A DNA stretch of 64,000 nucleotides from an uncultured Nitrospiraceae bacterium. Its GTDB lineage: Bacteria; Nitrospirota; Nitrospiria; Nitrospirales; Nitrospiraceae. The position numbers and the translations under genes are program-made. Shown piece after piece: positions 32,492 to 42,520 of the stretch. Below the pieces are notes generated by a model, which worked only from the letters and a program-made list of their open reading frames with translations, searched no databases and had not been told where the DNA came from. Numbering within the stretch: the stretch's first letter is position 1; each line of letters opens with the position of its first letter. The DNA lies in the NCBI GenBank assembly GCA_963730935.1, contig CAVSTP010000004.1:1728001-1792000 (forward strand). The letters are read 5' to 3'.

Positions 32492-32767
32492 ATGAGAACA
32501 CTTCCATTGGCTGCAGGCATTGCGATCCTTTCAACAATGGGATTCATCAGTGCGCCATTCGCGGGAGAAACCTCCGCCACGATGGAGAAAGCGAAGGGAG
32601 AAACGAAGGCCCTCGTCGAGGAAGGGAAGGGACAGACGAAAGGCGCCGTGGAAGACGTGAAGGGCAACAAGACGAGCGCCGAGGTAGAACGCACAAAAGG
32701 CAAGGCAAAGGCTGAGACGGAACGCGCTAAGGGACAAGCTAATGCGATGAAGGAGAAGGCCAAATAG
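32492..32767 (+). CDS. Small secreted Lys/Glu/Ala-rich protein (CsbD/LEA-like)
   Basis: GGAGG RBS, signal peptide, repeated 'E.AKG' units. Confidence 0.7.
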   Translation: MRTLPLAAGIAILSTMGFISAPFAGETSATMEKAKGETKALVEEGKGQTKGAVEDVKGNKTSAEVERTKGKAKAETERAKGQANAMKEKAK

Positions 32768-32966
32768 GACTAGCTAGGAAGTTCAGAGAAAGACTGCAGC
32801 ACGAAGCACTTTTTGGCAGGCTCGATAAGGGGCACCCGGGGGGAGGAGGTTTGTGATGGCAACATCATGGAACATGGTGCGTTAGGCTGGCAACAAGCTG
32901 GCACGAGGATCGAACTCCGCTAAATACGGATCAACTAAGTCCGTGTTGGGGTTGATCGCTATTATT

Positions 32967-33060
32967 TTGCTCGACCATATCTTCATAACCGTCACGGATC
33001 TTGGCCGCTCTATTGCCTTCTACGAGAGGGCTCTCAAGCCGCTCGGGATCACAGGCCACG
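32967..33060 (+). pseudogene. VOC/glyoxalase N-terminal fragment
   Basis: 'LLDHIFITVTDLGRSIAFYERALKPLGI' then similarity is lost just before repeat copy B. Confidence 0.6.
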
Positions 33061-33084
33061 CACTGTCAACAATTACAGGCCCCG

Positions 33085-33212
33085 TACCTACGGTTTACGA
33101 CTTTCAGCAAGTCCAAACTCAGACAACCTGAACCCAAACAACAAACCAGGTAGTTCCTGAGATGGGTACAGGTGGGCCTGAGTTTTCCTGTTCTGGTAGC
33201 AGCGTGGTAGCA
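33085..33212 (+). repeat. Dispersed att-like repeat, copy B
   Basis: ACCTACGGTTTACGA..CTCAGACAACCT..CTGGTAGCAGCGTGGTAGCA. Confidence 0.85.
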
Positions 33213-33257
33213 AGATGCTGAGGACCAAGAAGCTCTTAAAGGGGTCACTGATGTAAG

Positions 33258-33295
33258 TGGTGAGCCGAGTGGGACTCGAACTCAAAACCCTCTGA
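33258..33295 (-). other. tRNA 3'-half remnant (Lys-like), probable att scar
   Basis: Reverse complement TCAGAGGGTTTTGAGTTCGAGTCCCACTCGGCTCACCA: T-loop GTTCGA, acceptor strand and CCA; no 5' half. Confidence 0.65.
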
Positions 33296-33334
33296 GACAC
33301 TTGGCACAGAGCGTGGGTAAGTACCCAAAAGATT

Positions 33335-33931
33335 CTACGAGTAGTAGTAAGCAGAGATGAGAATGACGATCGCGAAGCTGGCTAGCAGACATGCTTCACC
33401 TCGATAAAACCAATTCAAATGTGTTTTATGCAGAGCTGTGGAATGGAGCAAGGCTCCAGCTGTGATCCATCCATATGCGACTCCAGTGCAGATCGCTGAA
33501 AAGCTAACCAAATAGGGAAATATTTCATTGGATACTCGACTAGGAAAAATAAGAAACGCAAAAACTAAGTTCTTTGGGTTTACCAGGGTTGTGAAGAACA
33601 CCCGACGAAAACTGATCGGATGAGAAGCCTCAACTTTGTGTTCTTCCCACCGCCAGAGCCATACAGCCATCTGAGCAAGATAGATGCTGCACAAGATGCG
33701 GAGAAGCTGGCCAACCGTTGAGTGAATTCTAGAAACAGGTTCAATTACCTCAACCAAAAAGGATATAGAAATGAGATACGCTAACAACTCAGCGAGAATG
33801 AGGTTAAGGCTAGCCCGTAAACCACGTGTCACCCCCGATACAAAGAGAAGTGAATTCGTCGGCCCTGGAACGGCTAGCACGCCAAAGACTTCAAAAACAA
33901 AGATGGCTTGGCTGTATTCGATGACACTCAC
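33335..33931 (-). CDS. LysE/RhtB-family translocator
   Basis: PGPTN motif, 'FFTTLVNPK', six TM helices; AT-rich relative to the core genes. Confidence 0.85.
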   Translation of the reverse strand: MSVIEYSQAIFVFEVFGVLAVPGPTNSLLFVSGVTRGLRASLNLILAELLAYLISISFLVEVIEPVSRIHSTVGQLLRILCSIYLAQMAVWLWRWEEHKVEASHPISFRRVFFTTLVNPKNLVFAFLIFPSRVSNEIFPYLVSFSAICTGVAYGWITAGALLHSTALHKTHLNWFYRGEACLLASFAIVILISAYYYS

Positions 33932-34086
33932 AGCCAGCGAATGGCGGAAGTGTCCGGAAGGGCTGGTTTTGACTTGGCGCGTGACTTCCGGCTGGCCTCA
34001 GCAGTAATGGACTTCTTCCACTTTGAAAAAGGCTTCCGCCGCCGCTTTTTCCGGCTGACTTTTTTTGGGGGGCGCTTTGTCTTCAT
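33928..34086 (-). CDS. Small Lys/Arg-rich ORF (52 aa) coupled to the LysE gene
   Basis: MKTKRPPKKVSRKKRRRKPFSKWKK...WL*; stop overlaps the LysE GTG (GTGA); RBS weak. Confidence 0.35.
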   Translation of the reverse strand: MKTKRPPKKVSRKKRRRKPFSKWKKSITAEASRKSRAKSKPALPDTSAIRWL

Positions 34087-34160
34087 AAGTGCGCAGCTCG
34101 ATTTCGATCAAGATCAAGGGTCTAGGCGCTCGGGATAAAGCACTGCCATAGGTGGAAAGA

Positions 34161-34622
34161 CTAATTTCTGTTGACCAATCCAAGGAAGCTGATCGACTCT
34201 CTGGCAGCGGCTCGGGCTTTGATCGCCGGGTTGAGTAATCTACCAGGATCAGCATGGGAGCCGATTTCCGAGACCCGCTTACATTGATTGATCACTTCAT
34301 TGAGTGAGACCGACGCCTGAGTCCGGCGAGGATCCGATGAAGGAATCTGCGTCAAGAGCGTTTCCGCATGCCTTGAGGCCTCTGCGCAATGATAGATAAT
34401 GGCCTTGGCATCGCCCATGCCACCATGCGCCACCATCTCCTCGGCATTTTTGATCAAGGCGTCTGCCTGCTCTTGGAGCGTACTGTCAGAGGGCTGAGCA
34501 GCATGCACGGCGGCATGGCTCGAACCCAGCGACTTGTCTGGATCCACGCTTCCCACGCTTCCCACTAGACAGACAAGGAGTATGAGTGATGCCAGGGCTA
34601 GGGATTTGCCGTTGAATCCCAT
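34161..34622 (-). CDS. Periplasmic small metal-binding protein (SmbP-like)
   Basis: Signal peptide, His-containing helical 'AEEMVAHGGMGDAKAIIYHCAEASRHAE'; TAATG overlap with the upstream gene. Confidence 0.6.
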   Translation of the reverse strand: MGFNGKSLALASLILLVCLVGSVGSVDPDKSLGSSHAAVHAAQPSDSTLQEQADALIKNAEEMVAHGGMGDAKAIIYHCAEASRHAETLLTQIPSSDPRRTQASVSLNEVINQCKRVSEIGSHADPGRLLNPAIKARAAARESISFLGLVNRN

Positions 34623-35125
34623 TAGTACCGTCCCGGCAATTCCTTGGGTGTGGAGGTCAGTTCACGATAGAGGCGGTGAAATTCTTCATTGGTCAGGCCC
34701 GGGTCTTGGAGCTTGGCAAGAGTAGTCTCGTCGATGGGGTACTCGACCGTGTCGTCGAAATTTGACGAGGCAATAGTGACGAACCTGGGAGGAAAGAGCC
34801 GCTCCGGCAACAGAATACCCACACCAAGATTGTATTTCACCGCCAGCCGGATGGCCTCTCTCGCATTGTCGGCCGGTACATCGCGTCCCAAGCCGATGTT
34901 CTGCGGCGGCTGGCCGCGCTTGACAAATTGAAAATGCACATTGGTCATCCCGGCATGCGCGAATTCTTCGGTGAGGGCAGGCACTTGATTCTTATACTGA
35001 TTGGCCAGCACGACTTCCACACGGCTGACCGGCGGAATGGAGGGTCCTTCCGCTGAAACGGACAGTCCTGGCAGCACCGCAGAGGTCGTGAACGCAATGG
35101 CAAGGATGCGTCGTGACCATTTCAT
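34622..35125 (-). CDS. Exported hypothetical protein in the multicopper oxidase operon
   Basis: Signal peptide MKWSRR..; ATGA overlap with the upstream gene. Confidence 0.7.
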   Translation of the reverse strand: MKWSRRILAIAFTTSAVLPGLSVSAEGPSIPPVSRVEVVLANQYKNQVPALTEEFAHAGMTNVHFQFVKRGQPPQNIGLGRDVPADNAREAIRLAVKYNLGVGILLPERLFPPRFVTIASSNFDDTVEYPIDETTLAKLQDPGLTNEEFHRLYRELTSTPKELPGRY

Positions 35126-35946
35126 GGGTTCACCCTGAAACTGAATTCCGCGGCAGTCGTCCCCTTTTCCGCGACCGTCACGGTACGTTCCTGCTCGCCT
35201 AACATCGGATGCCAAGCCTTGATGCGATAGGTCCCCGCCGGAAGGTCAGGAATCGAGAAGGTCCCTTCGAGGCCGGTGACGGCGTAATACGGATTCTCCA
35301 CGGCCAATCCATGCCCTTGCATGTACGGATGCATGCCGCATTGCATGGTCACACCGCGGCGGTTCGCCGTAAAACGGATCGTATCGCTGGTCCCCGATTT
35401 CGTCAGAGCCGGGCGGTGGAACATGATGTAGATATGCTCACGCTCCCGTTCGTAGAACTGCAAGTCGTGCGAGACCGAGTCCAAATTCTTCACGATGAGC
35501 GGATGGTGATCTCGCACCACGGAGACGAACGGCACGAATTGGCAGATGTTCGCCTCGAGCCGTGTCTCCTCGAACGCAAACGGCTTTCCCTTTTCAACCC
35601 CTTCTATCGTCACGACCACGTCTTTCAATCCACCTTGCGCCCCCACGTTCACCTGCCGCAGCTGCCGATATCCTGTCCCGTCGGACAGCGCACCACAATA
35701 GACGCGATCAGGATAGCGCCAGAGTTCAAATGCGGTGGGAACCGGGACATCCCCGACAAAGGTAACGGTGCCCGTCACTGTCCCGCCGTTCGTCACACCT
35801 GTCTCTTCATAGGCCGAGACGGCCGTCGGCACAATGATCGAGCAGCCCAGCACGAGCACGATCCAGAAGGTAGCACTCATCTTTCGAGGCTTCAGCATGA
35901 TGATCAAATCGGGCGTCGCGCCCATGGGGGAGCAACGCTCCCCCAT
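35122..35946 (-). CDS. Carboxypeptidase-regulatory-like/cupredoxin-like exported protein
   Basis: GTVTGTV, CQFVP, 'SHD', CGMHPYM (C-x2-H-x2-M), G.FSIPDLPAGTY.IKAWH; start uncertain. Confidence 0.8.
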   Translation of the reverse strand: MGERCSPMGATPDLIIMLKPRKMSATFWIVLVLGCSIIVPTAVSAYEETGVTNGGTVTGTVTFVGDVPVPTAFELWRYPDRVYCGALSDGTGYRQLRQVNVGAQGGLKDVVVTIEGVEKGKPFAFEETRLEANICQFVPFVSVVRDHHPLIVKNLDSVSHDLQFYEREREHIYIMFHRPALTKSGTSDTIRFTANRRGVTMQCGMHPYMQGHGLAVENPYYAVTGLEGTFSIPDLPAGTYRIKAWHPMLGEQERTVTVAEKGTTAAEFSFRVNP

Positions 35947-35961
35947 GCGTTGTGACGCGGC

Positions 35962-38900
35962 TTATTGTCCGATCGTCGACGTCCGAAACAACTCCCCGCC
36001 GTTCTCCTGTTCCGCGTGCTTCGTGGGCGGAACCTGGGCATGAGCGGGAGAATCCGTTGATCATCGATCGGCATCACCTTGAACAGTCCCCACTGCCCGG
36101 CGTTCGCAAATGCCGGCCGTTGGTTTTTCCACAGATAGTCGCCGACGATCTTGTTCGGACCTCCGGCTCCACCGGTGAGATACGCATTGATGACCTCGGA
36201 GCCGCCGAACTCCATGGTGCTGACCTGATCGGCGCCCACCATGTAGGGCTCATGCGGCCACTCGTGACCGTCGACCGTAAACAGCTGAACCTGCTCGCTG
36301 AACACGCCCAACACATGGATCGCCACCGGATCTCCCACATGGGCCTGCAGGAGGGGCGTGGACAGCGCGTCGCCGGTCTTTACACAGCTGAAGACCTCCG
36401 ACACTTCGCAGCCTTTCTCGACCCGCCAGGCGGTCGGTTCGGACCGATAGTTCACCGCCGTGATGCCGGCCACCTGCTGGATGTAGGGCATGAAGCTGAC
36501 GCCCACGATATTGTCTTCATCCTGGAACATCAGCGAGAAGTCGCGGTAGTTTTTCCGGTTGTCATTCCCGGGGATCGTCCGATCCACGATGACGTCCGCC
36601 CGCCAGCTGCTCTTCATCGTGATATCGTCGCCGGTGACCGGATCGCGATAGCGTGATCCCTTCGGTCCGACGATGATGGATCCGAACAAGCCCGTTCCGC
36701 GGATTCTCCACGACGTTGCCCCAATCTTGAATCATGGCGGCCAACTCGCCGTACTCCGGATGCGCGTAAAACGTGTAGGTCTTGCTCTCTCCGGGTCCGA
36801 TCGTCTGATCACCCGGATTGTTGCCGACATTGGCGCCGAACGAATCTTTCGGATCGAACGCCATCATGTCCACGTGGAAGCCGGCGCGCTCCTTGGCCAT
36901 TTCGTTCTTCAGATTGATCTTGATGCAGTCGCCGACGTTGACGTGCAACGTCAAGGGCTGGGACTGCAGTTCGCCGGCCTTCACGCGCCCGCGATCGCCG
37001 TCCAGCACGTACATCTTGCCCTGCTCGTTCCCGAACACCATCTTGCGCTCCAGATCGACTTCCATGACGCCCGGCGCCCCTTCATGGTACCGGATGTTCT
37101 GATCGATCGCCGAGACGTTGAAGGTCTTCACCGGAGCGTCTGCCGGACAGACCGACGGCGCGGATTTTTGAATCTGCTCACGGCCGGGCAAGGGCTTCAG
37201 ATCTCCTTGCAGTTCATCGAAGACCCGGAACAGTCCCCAGCTGCCTTCCGCGAAGTGAGACGCGCGGCCGCTGTAGTAGAGGTAGTCTCCAGCCTGTTTT
37301 TGCGGTCCACCTGCTGCGGGAATCGCCGGATCGTAGCGTTCGCCGATGGCCAGGTGAATCGTGCTGCGCGGCATGGCCGTCGTGCCATAGCGTTCCATCG
37401 GGAACCAATGGCCCGTCACATGCCACGTATGCACTTCGTTGGCTGATCCCACCAACGCACGCACCAAAATCGGATCACCCAGATACGCCCTCAGCAGCGG
37501 CGTGCCAGGGTCTCCGTGGATGCCGGATACAAAGAGCTTCGACGCATCTGGATTATTGGCCAAGCGCACGCTCAGCGGTTCGACCCGCATGCTATAGCCG
37601 CTTCCGGTCGTCGCTTCACCGCCGTTCAAGAACCACATGGCGGACTTATTGATCCGCTCGGGGAACTGATGCGAGGGAGGCCCATCGACCGTTACCGCAC
37701 CAATTCTGGCCTGTGGATTGTCGGTCGTGATCAGCTCTGCCGCTGCGCGCGTTGCTGTCCATGATATGCATCATGACTTCCCGGAAGCTGCCCCGGATTT
37801 GCGCCGACACCGGCTCCAAGGTATGGATGTCGGCGATGGGGCCGCTCCGGATTTCTTTGCCGGTGACCGGGTCATGATAGGTCGACCGTGGCGGCTCGGT
37901 AATGAACGCCGAGAACAGCCCGTGTCCCCAGGTATCGGTGCCGAACACATGGTCGTGCCAGTACACCGTCCCGAAATCCGCATCGACATACCAGCGCTCG
38001 CGGATGAACTCGACGCTCGCGATGTCGTTCTTCTTGTGCGCATACTTCAACGGCGCGTCGAAGGTGACGGTCTTGCCCTTGATCTCCTTGATCCGTGCCA
38101 CTTCGAAATACTTCGGATCGTCCATGCCGACGCCCAGCTCGATATTGGGATGAAACTTCGACGGATTCGTTCACCGTGATGCTGCGTGCACCGGCCTTCG
38201 TGTCGGCCAGTCAGCACCGTGTTGCCCGGCAAGGGCATGCCTTTGTCGGGTTGCGGATCTTTCAGCATCGTGAAGGCGCGCAACGACATGTCGTAGGAGA
38301 ATCCGATCGTCGGACCATCAGACGCGCTGGTGTCGAACTGGAAGAAATGCGGATGGAGATTGATCTTGTTCGCCCATCCCGTCCGCGCGTCGTCCGGGAT
38401 TTCGTTCTTGTAAGATGACGTCGACGCAGTCGTAGACGTTGCCGCGGATCACAAGCGGCACCTGCTTCTTGGGATTCTTGCGGACCTCTGCCTCTTCTTC
38501 GTGGAGCACGAAGATCATGCCGATGGGATCCACGATCGCCGGCGGACTTTGGCGGTCGCCGGCTTCAGCGTGATCGGCAGGGTGATGGAGTGGATCGTGT
38601 AGAACTTGCGCGGAGAATTTTCCGGACAAAGGCTCCACGGTCCCTGCTCGCCCGGCTTTGCCTGCTCCGTGCTGCTGCGTGCCGTCCTCCCGGACACGGA
38701 AGGGCTCGAGCCACGGCGCTCCGCCATGATTCGGCGCAAAGGGCGGCCGCTTGCCGAGATGCGGACGCAGCCATGGGAACGCCAGTTTGCCGGTTTGCGG
38801 ATCGAAGGTGATCGGCGGGCGCTTCAGCGGGGTGGGTGATTCATAGTCCGCCCACTTGTGCGGGGTCTCCGGCTCGTTCAGCGCCGTTGCGCCCTCCCAC

Positions 38901-40706
38901 TTCCAGTTCACGACCGTCGCGTCATGGGCTTGAGCCTGCTTCACTTGATCTTCGGTCTTCCCCGGAAACCCCTGCGGCGGCAGCATGTACTCGACCCAAT
39001 CCTTGATCGAGACCTTGACCGGATTGGCTTTCCAATCCGTCTTCTCCTTCGTGATCTCGTACTTCTTCCCACCGTACCAATCCACCGTCGTGCCGACGAG
39101 TTTGTCGGACGAGACGGCCAGTTTAATCTTTCCCTTGCGGTCCGGCAGCTCGACCAGCGGCTTCATGACGTCGGTTTGGAAGCCCGGCGCCTGCAGGGTG
39201 TTGTACACACGCCAGAACCCCCACATGCCCGTCACATAATGCTGCGGAATATGGCAGTGGAACACGAACTCTCCGGCCAAGGCTTGCAAACCGCCGGACC
39301 CGCCTTCGATCACCTCATCGTAGATCTCGGAGGGACCGATCGATTGCACATCAAGCCGGTCGGACGTATCGCTGATCGGCGGAAACTTCACGGGACCGTT
39401 CTTCGACAAGGTCGGGATCGATCTTGCTGGTGCCCGGTTGTCTGGCCCAACGGATCGAGCCCCCATGCAATGATGGGAGTGCACGATCTCGGATCCGCCG
39501 ACCATCCGGAACTTGGCCGGATCGCCGATGTAGGAGCGCGGAATGGTCGTCGCCGGATCGCCGAACGTATAGGATCCGTAGCCCTGCGATTCGTCTGAGA
39601 ATCCGACCAGATGGCCTTGCAGTTCCAATCTCGTGCCATGCGGTTCGCTGCGATAATTCAAGAGGCGCGCCGCCGGCCGATAGGTATCGGTGTGTGCATC
39701 GCGCTGAGGCAACATGTCGCCCTTGCGGTTCAACAGACGGAAGGTTTCGTCACCGGCCTCATGATAGAAAATCACGAATTCGCGGAAATCGGAGCCGTTC
39801 GCAACGTCGATCATGGCCTCCCAGCCGCTCTTCATTTCTTCTGCCGTGAAGGGGCTCAGATAGCGGGACCCGCGCGGCTCGACGACGAGCGACCCCAACA
39901 TGCCGAGGGAGTACTGGTCTCTCGTCGCGTGGCTGTGAAACGCGCGGCCGCCCTCCTGGAGATCAATCGGGATATACCATTCGAATTCGCCTGTTTTCCC
40001 GGTTGCCACCAAGGCATCGGGATTGTTGGCGGTCGCCGGCTTGCCCGGTTTTGGAGACCAGCATTTGAGAGCCATTGACAATGATGTTGGTCGGCTCGTC
40101 GGCAATGTCGTTTTGCAGAGTGATCCGCAAACAATCTCCCTGGTTGGCCCGGATCACCAACGGCTGAATCAGGTCGCCCTGCAAGCCGTTGGACACCGCA
40201 CCGCCGGCAAACGTCGGATCCTCGCTCTCCCGCGCCGCCTTGTTCTTTTCTTCCTCTTCACGAATCCCAGGCACATTTTCGGTCAAGGCGTACATGTATC
40301 CCGGATAGAAATCGCCGAAGCGATTCACGGTGATTTCGACATTGATCGCAGTGATATCGAACGCGCGGACCGGTGCGGTCAGGGGGCAACGGGCTCCCTG
40401 CGACACTTTCACCTTGTCGGGATCTTCCGCCACCAGCAGGACGCCCTGTTGCATCGCGTGGGCGCCGGCTCCCTGGAAGGGTCCTTTCGTCTGAACTTCC
40501 CGCTCGATCTGCTCGATGGCTTTCGACATCTTGTCCTGCAACACCGGTCCTGCTTGTGCATGGACGGGCGTCGCCACATCGGCATGCTGATCTTCTGCGA
40601 CATGAGCATCGTGCAGCATCGCGGCCCATGCCGACGTGCTCATCAGCACAAGACCTGCCGCCAATCCCGCAACCCCGTAGCGGATGTGACTTATTGACGT
40701 TCCCAT
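35962..40706 (-). pseudogene. Very large (~1,580 aa) multicopper oxidase, split by many single-base frameshifts
   Basis: Overlapping ORFs 39963-40706, 38318-40105, 38047-38289, 37646-38125, 36562-37638 and 35904-36689 join into one protein; signal peptide, HSH, HSHHLH (in a shifted frame), HCHIPQHYVTGM, HPH, WHDH, HTWH; AGGAGG RBS. Confidence 0.8.
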
Positions 40707-40974
40707 ACTTGATCCTCCTCAATCACACTGGCGATGGCGCGACAGGCGCCGTGCCGTTCCAATTATTAAAGTCTGGCAGAGGCCATTGATGTGGAGGGAT
40801 CGTCAGGAGGCCAGTCCATCTGTCCCACTCCTCTGCCAGACAGCTCGTACGCGCAGAACGCTCCCGCAAAAACCGTCTAAAAGAGAGCAAGACCCGTTCC
40901 GATACCGTTCGGCGTTGGATGGGACAGTTTTATGGGGTTTTTGGATGATGGGTCTTGTGAGAACAACCCGGTGA

Positions 40975-41083
40975 TGGGGCACTGACGCCCCACCGGCATT
41001 GGAAACAACAGCAAACCGCTTGTACTGGCGAGTGATTGTGAGCGCTTGCGGCGACTGAAGACGAATGGGGCGTCTGCGCCCCA
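40975..41083. promoter_or_regulatory. Two palindromic TGGGGC-N6-GCCCCA sites, candidate sigma-54 enhancer (UAS)
   Basis: 40975-40992 and 41066-41083, between the NtrC-family regulator and the oxidase start. Confidence 0.55.
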
Positions 41084-41116
41084 CGAGATGGAAAGAGCAG
41101 AGAGGACCAACAAGAC

Positions 41117-42520
41117 TTAAAAGGCGCCGCGCAGTCCGTGCTTTTTCACCATGCGTTCGATCGTCTTTCGATCGACGCCGGCTTCGCGCGCCGCCCTGCT
41201 CATGTGTCCCTCATTGCGTTTCAGCAGATCCAGAAGGAAATTCCGCTCAAAGGCCTCGACGGCCTGCTGCTTGGCCTGTTTGAAGGAGCCCGATTCCGAG
41301 GAGGTCGAATCCTTGTCGGCCAGAGCTTGCAGTCGATCCGACAGGTGGGTGCTCATCACGGTGTGGCCGTCAACCAGCACGGCCGCTCGTTCCATCACAT
41401 TCTGCAGTTCACGCACGTTGCCCGGCCAGCCATAGCGCATGAGCAGATCGGCGGCCGAGGGATCAATTGCGGGGACCGATCCGCTGTCCGTCTGGACCCG
41501 CTGGACGAACCGCGTCACGAATTCGTTCGCCAAGAGGAGAATATCGCCTTCCCTCGTACGAAGAGGTGGGAGCGACATGGAGATAACGTTGAGCCGATAG
41601 TAGAGATCTTCCCGGAAGGTGCCTTTCCGGCACAAGTCCTCGAGGTCCTGATTGGAGGCGCCGATAACCCGGACATCGACGTGAGTGAACCGCGTTCCGC
41701 CGACCCGGCGCACCTGCCGTTCTTGAAGCACGCGCAAAAGCCTCGCTTGAAGATTCGGACTCATGCCGCTCACTTCGTCGAGAAACACGGTCCCGCCATG
41801 TGCGATCTCGAAGAGTCCCGGTTTGGCCGCGTGCGCTCCTGTAAAGGCCCCTTTCTCATGCCCGAACAATTCTGACTCTAACAGCGCGTCATTCAGCGAC
41901 ACGCAATCGACCGGGATGAACGGCTGTTCGGCACGACGGCTCCGCGCATGGATGTACCGTGCCAGCATCTCCTTTCCGGTGCCGCTCTCGCCGTACACCA
42001 GCACGTTGGAGTCCGTCGGAGCCACGCGGTCGGCGAGTGCAAGCACCGCTTTCATCGGCGCGCTGCTTCCGACGATCTGGACGCCGCCGTCGAGCGTGGA
42101 CGCCGACGGACGCGGCATCGACGCCGCCCGTGGCGTGCCATCACTGCCTGCTCCGGCAGCGAACGCGCGGCGCACCACATGGATCAATTCCTCGCTCGTG
42201 AACGGCTTCGTGATGTAGTCGAAGGCACCGTATCGCATGGAGGTGACGGCGGTCTCGATCGTCGCATGGGCGGTGACCAGCACGACCTGCACGGCAGGAT
42301 CCAGGCGCTTCGCAGCGGTCAACACCTCGATGCCGTCCATTTTGGGCATGCGGAGATCGGTCAACACGAGCCCAGGATGCTCGCGTTCGAGCAGTGCCAA
42401 GGCCTGACCCGGATTGGACGTTCCAATGCACTCGTACGGCACCCGACTCAGGATCCGTCTGCAATTCTCTAACGCATCCTCTTCGTCGTCCACGATCAGG
42501 ATTTTGCCTGCGATTCCCAC
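41117..42520 (-). CDS. Sigma-54-dependent NtrC/AtoC-family response regulator
   Basis: REC, GESGTGKE, ESELFGHEKGAFTGA, FREDLYYRL, WPGNVREL, Fis HTH. Confidence 0.95.
   Translation of the reverse strand: MGIAGKILIVDDEEDALENCRRILSRVPYECIGTSNPGQALALLEREHPGLVLTDLRMPKMDGIEVLTAAKRLDPAVQVVLVTAHATIETAVTSMRYGAFDYITKPFTSEELIHVVRRAFAAGAGSDGTPRAASMPRPSASTLDGGVQIVGSSAPMKAVLALADRVAPTDSNVLVYGESGTGKEMLARYIHARSRRAEQPFIPVDCVSLNDALLESELFGHEKGAFTGAHAAKPGLFEIAHGGTVFLDEVSGMSPNLQARLLRVLQERQVRRVGGTRFTHVDVRVIGASNQDLEDLCRKGTFREDLYYRLNVISMSLPPLRTREGDILLLANEFVTRFVQRVQTDSGSVPAIDPSAADLLMRYGWPGNVRELQNVMERAAVLVDGHTVMSTHLSDRLQALADKDSTSSESGSFKQAKQQAVEAFERNFLLDLLKRNEGHMSRAAREAGVDRKTIERMVKKHGLRGAF

Noticed and set aside
33220..33330. 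Intact tRNA-Lys gene
   Set aside because: Only the 3' half is present; no D-arm or 5' acceptor strand.
35962..40706. Programmed frameshifting or several separate small oxidase genes
   Set aside because: Too many shifts in both directions, including compensating pairs; no slippery-site pattern and no internal RBSs.
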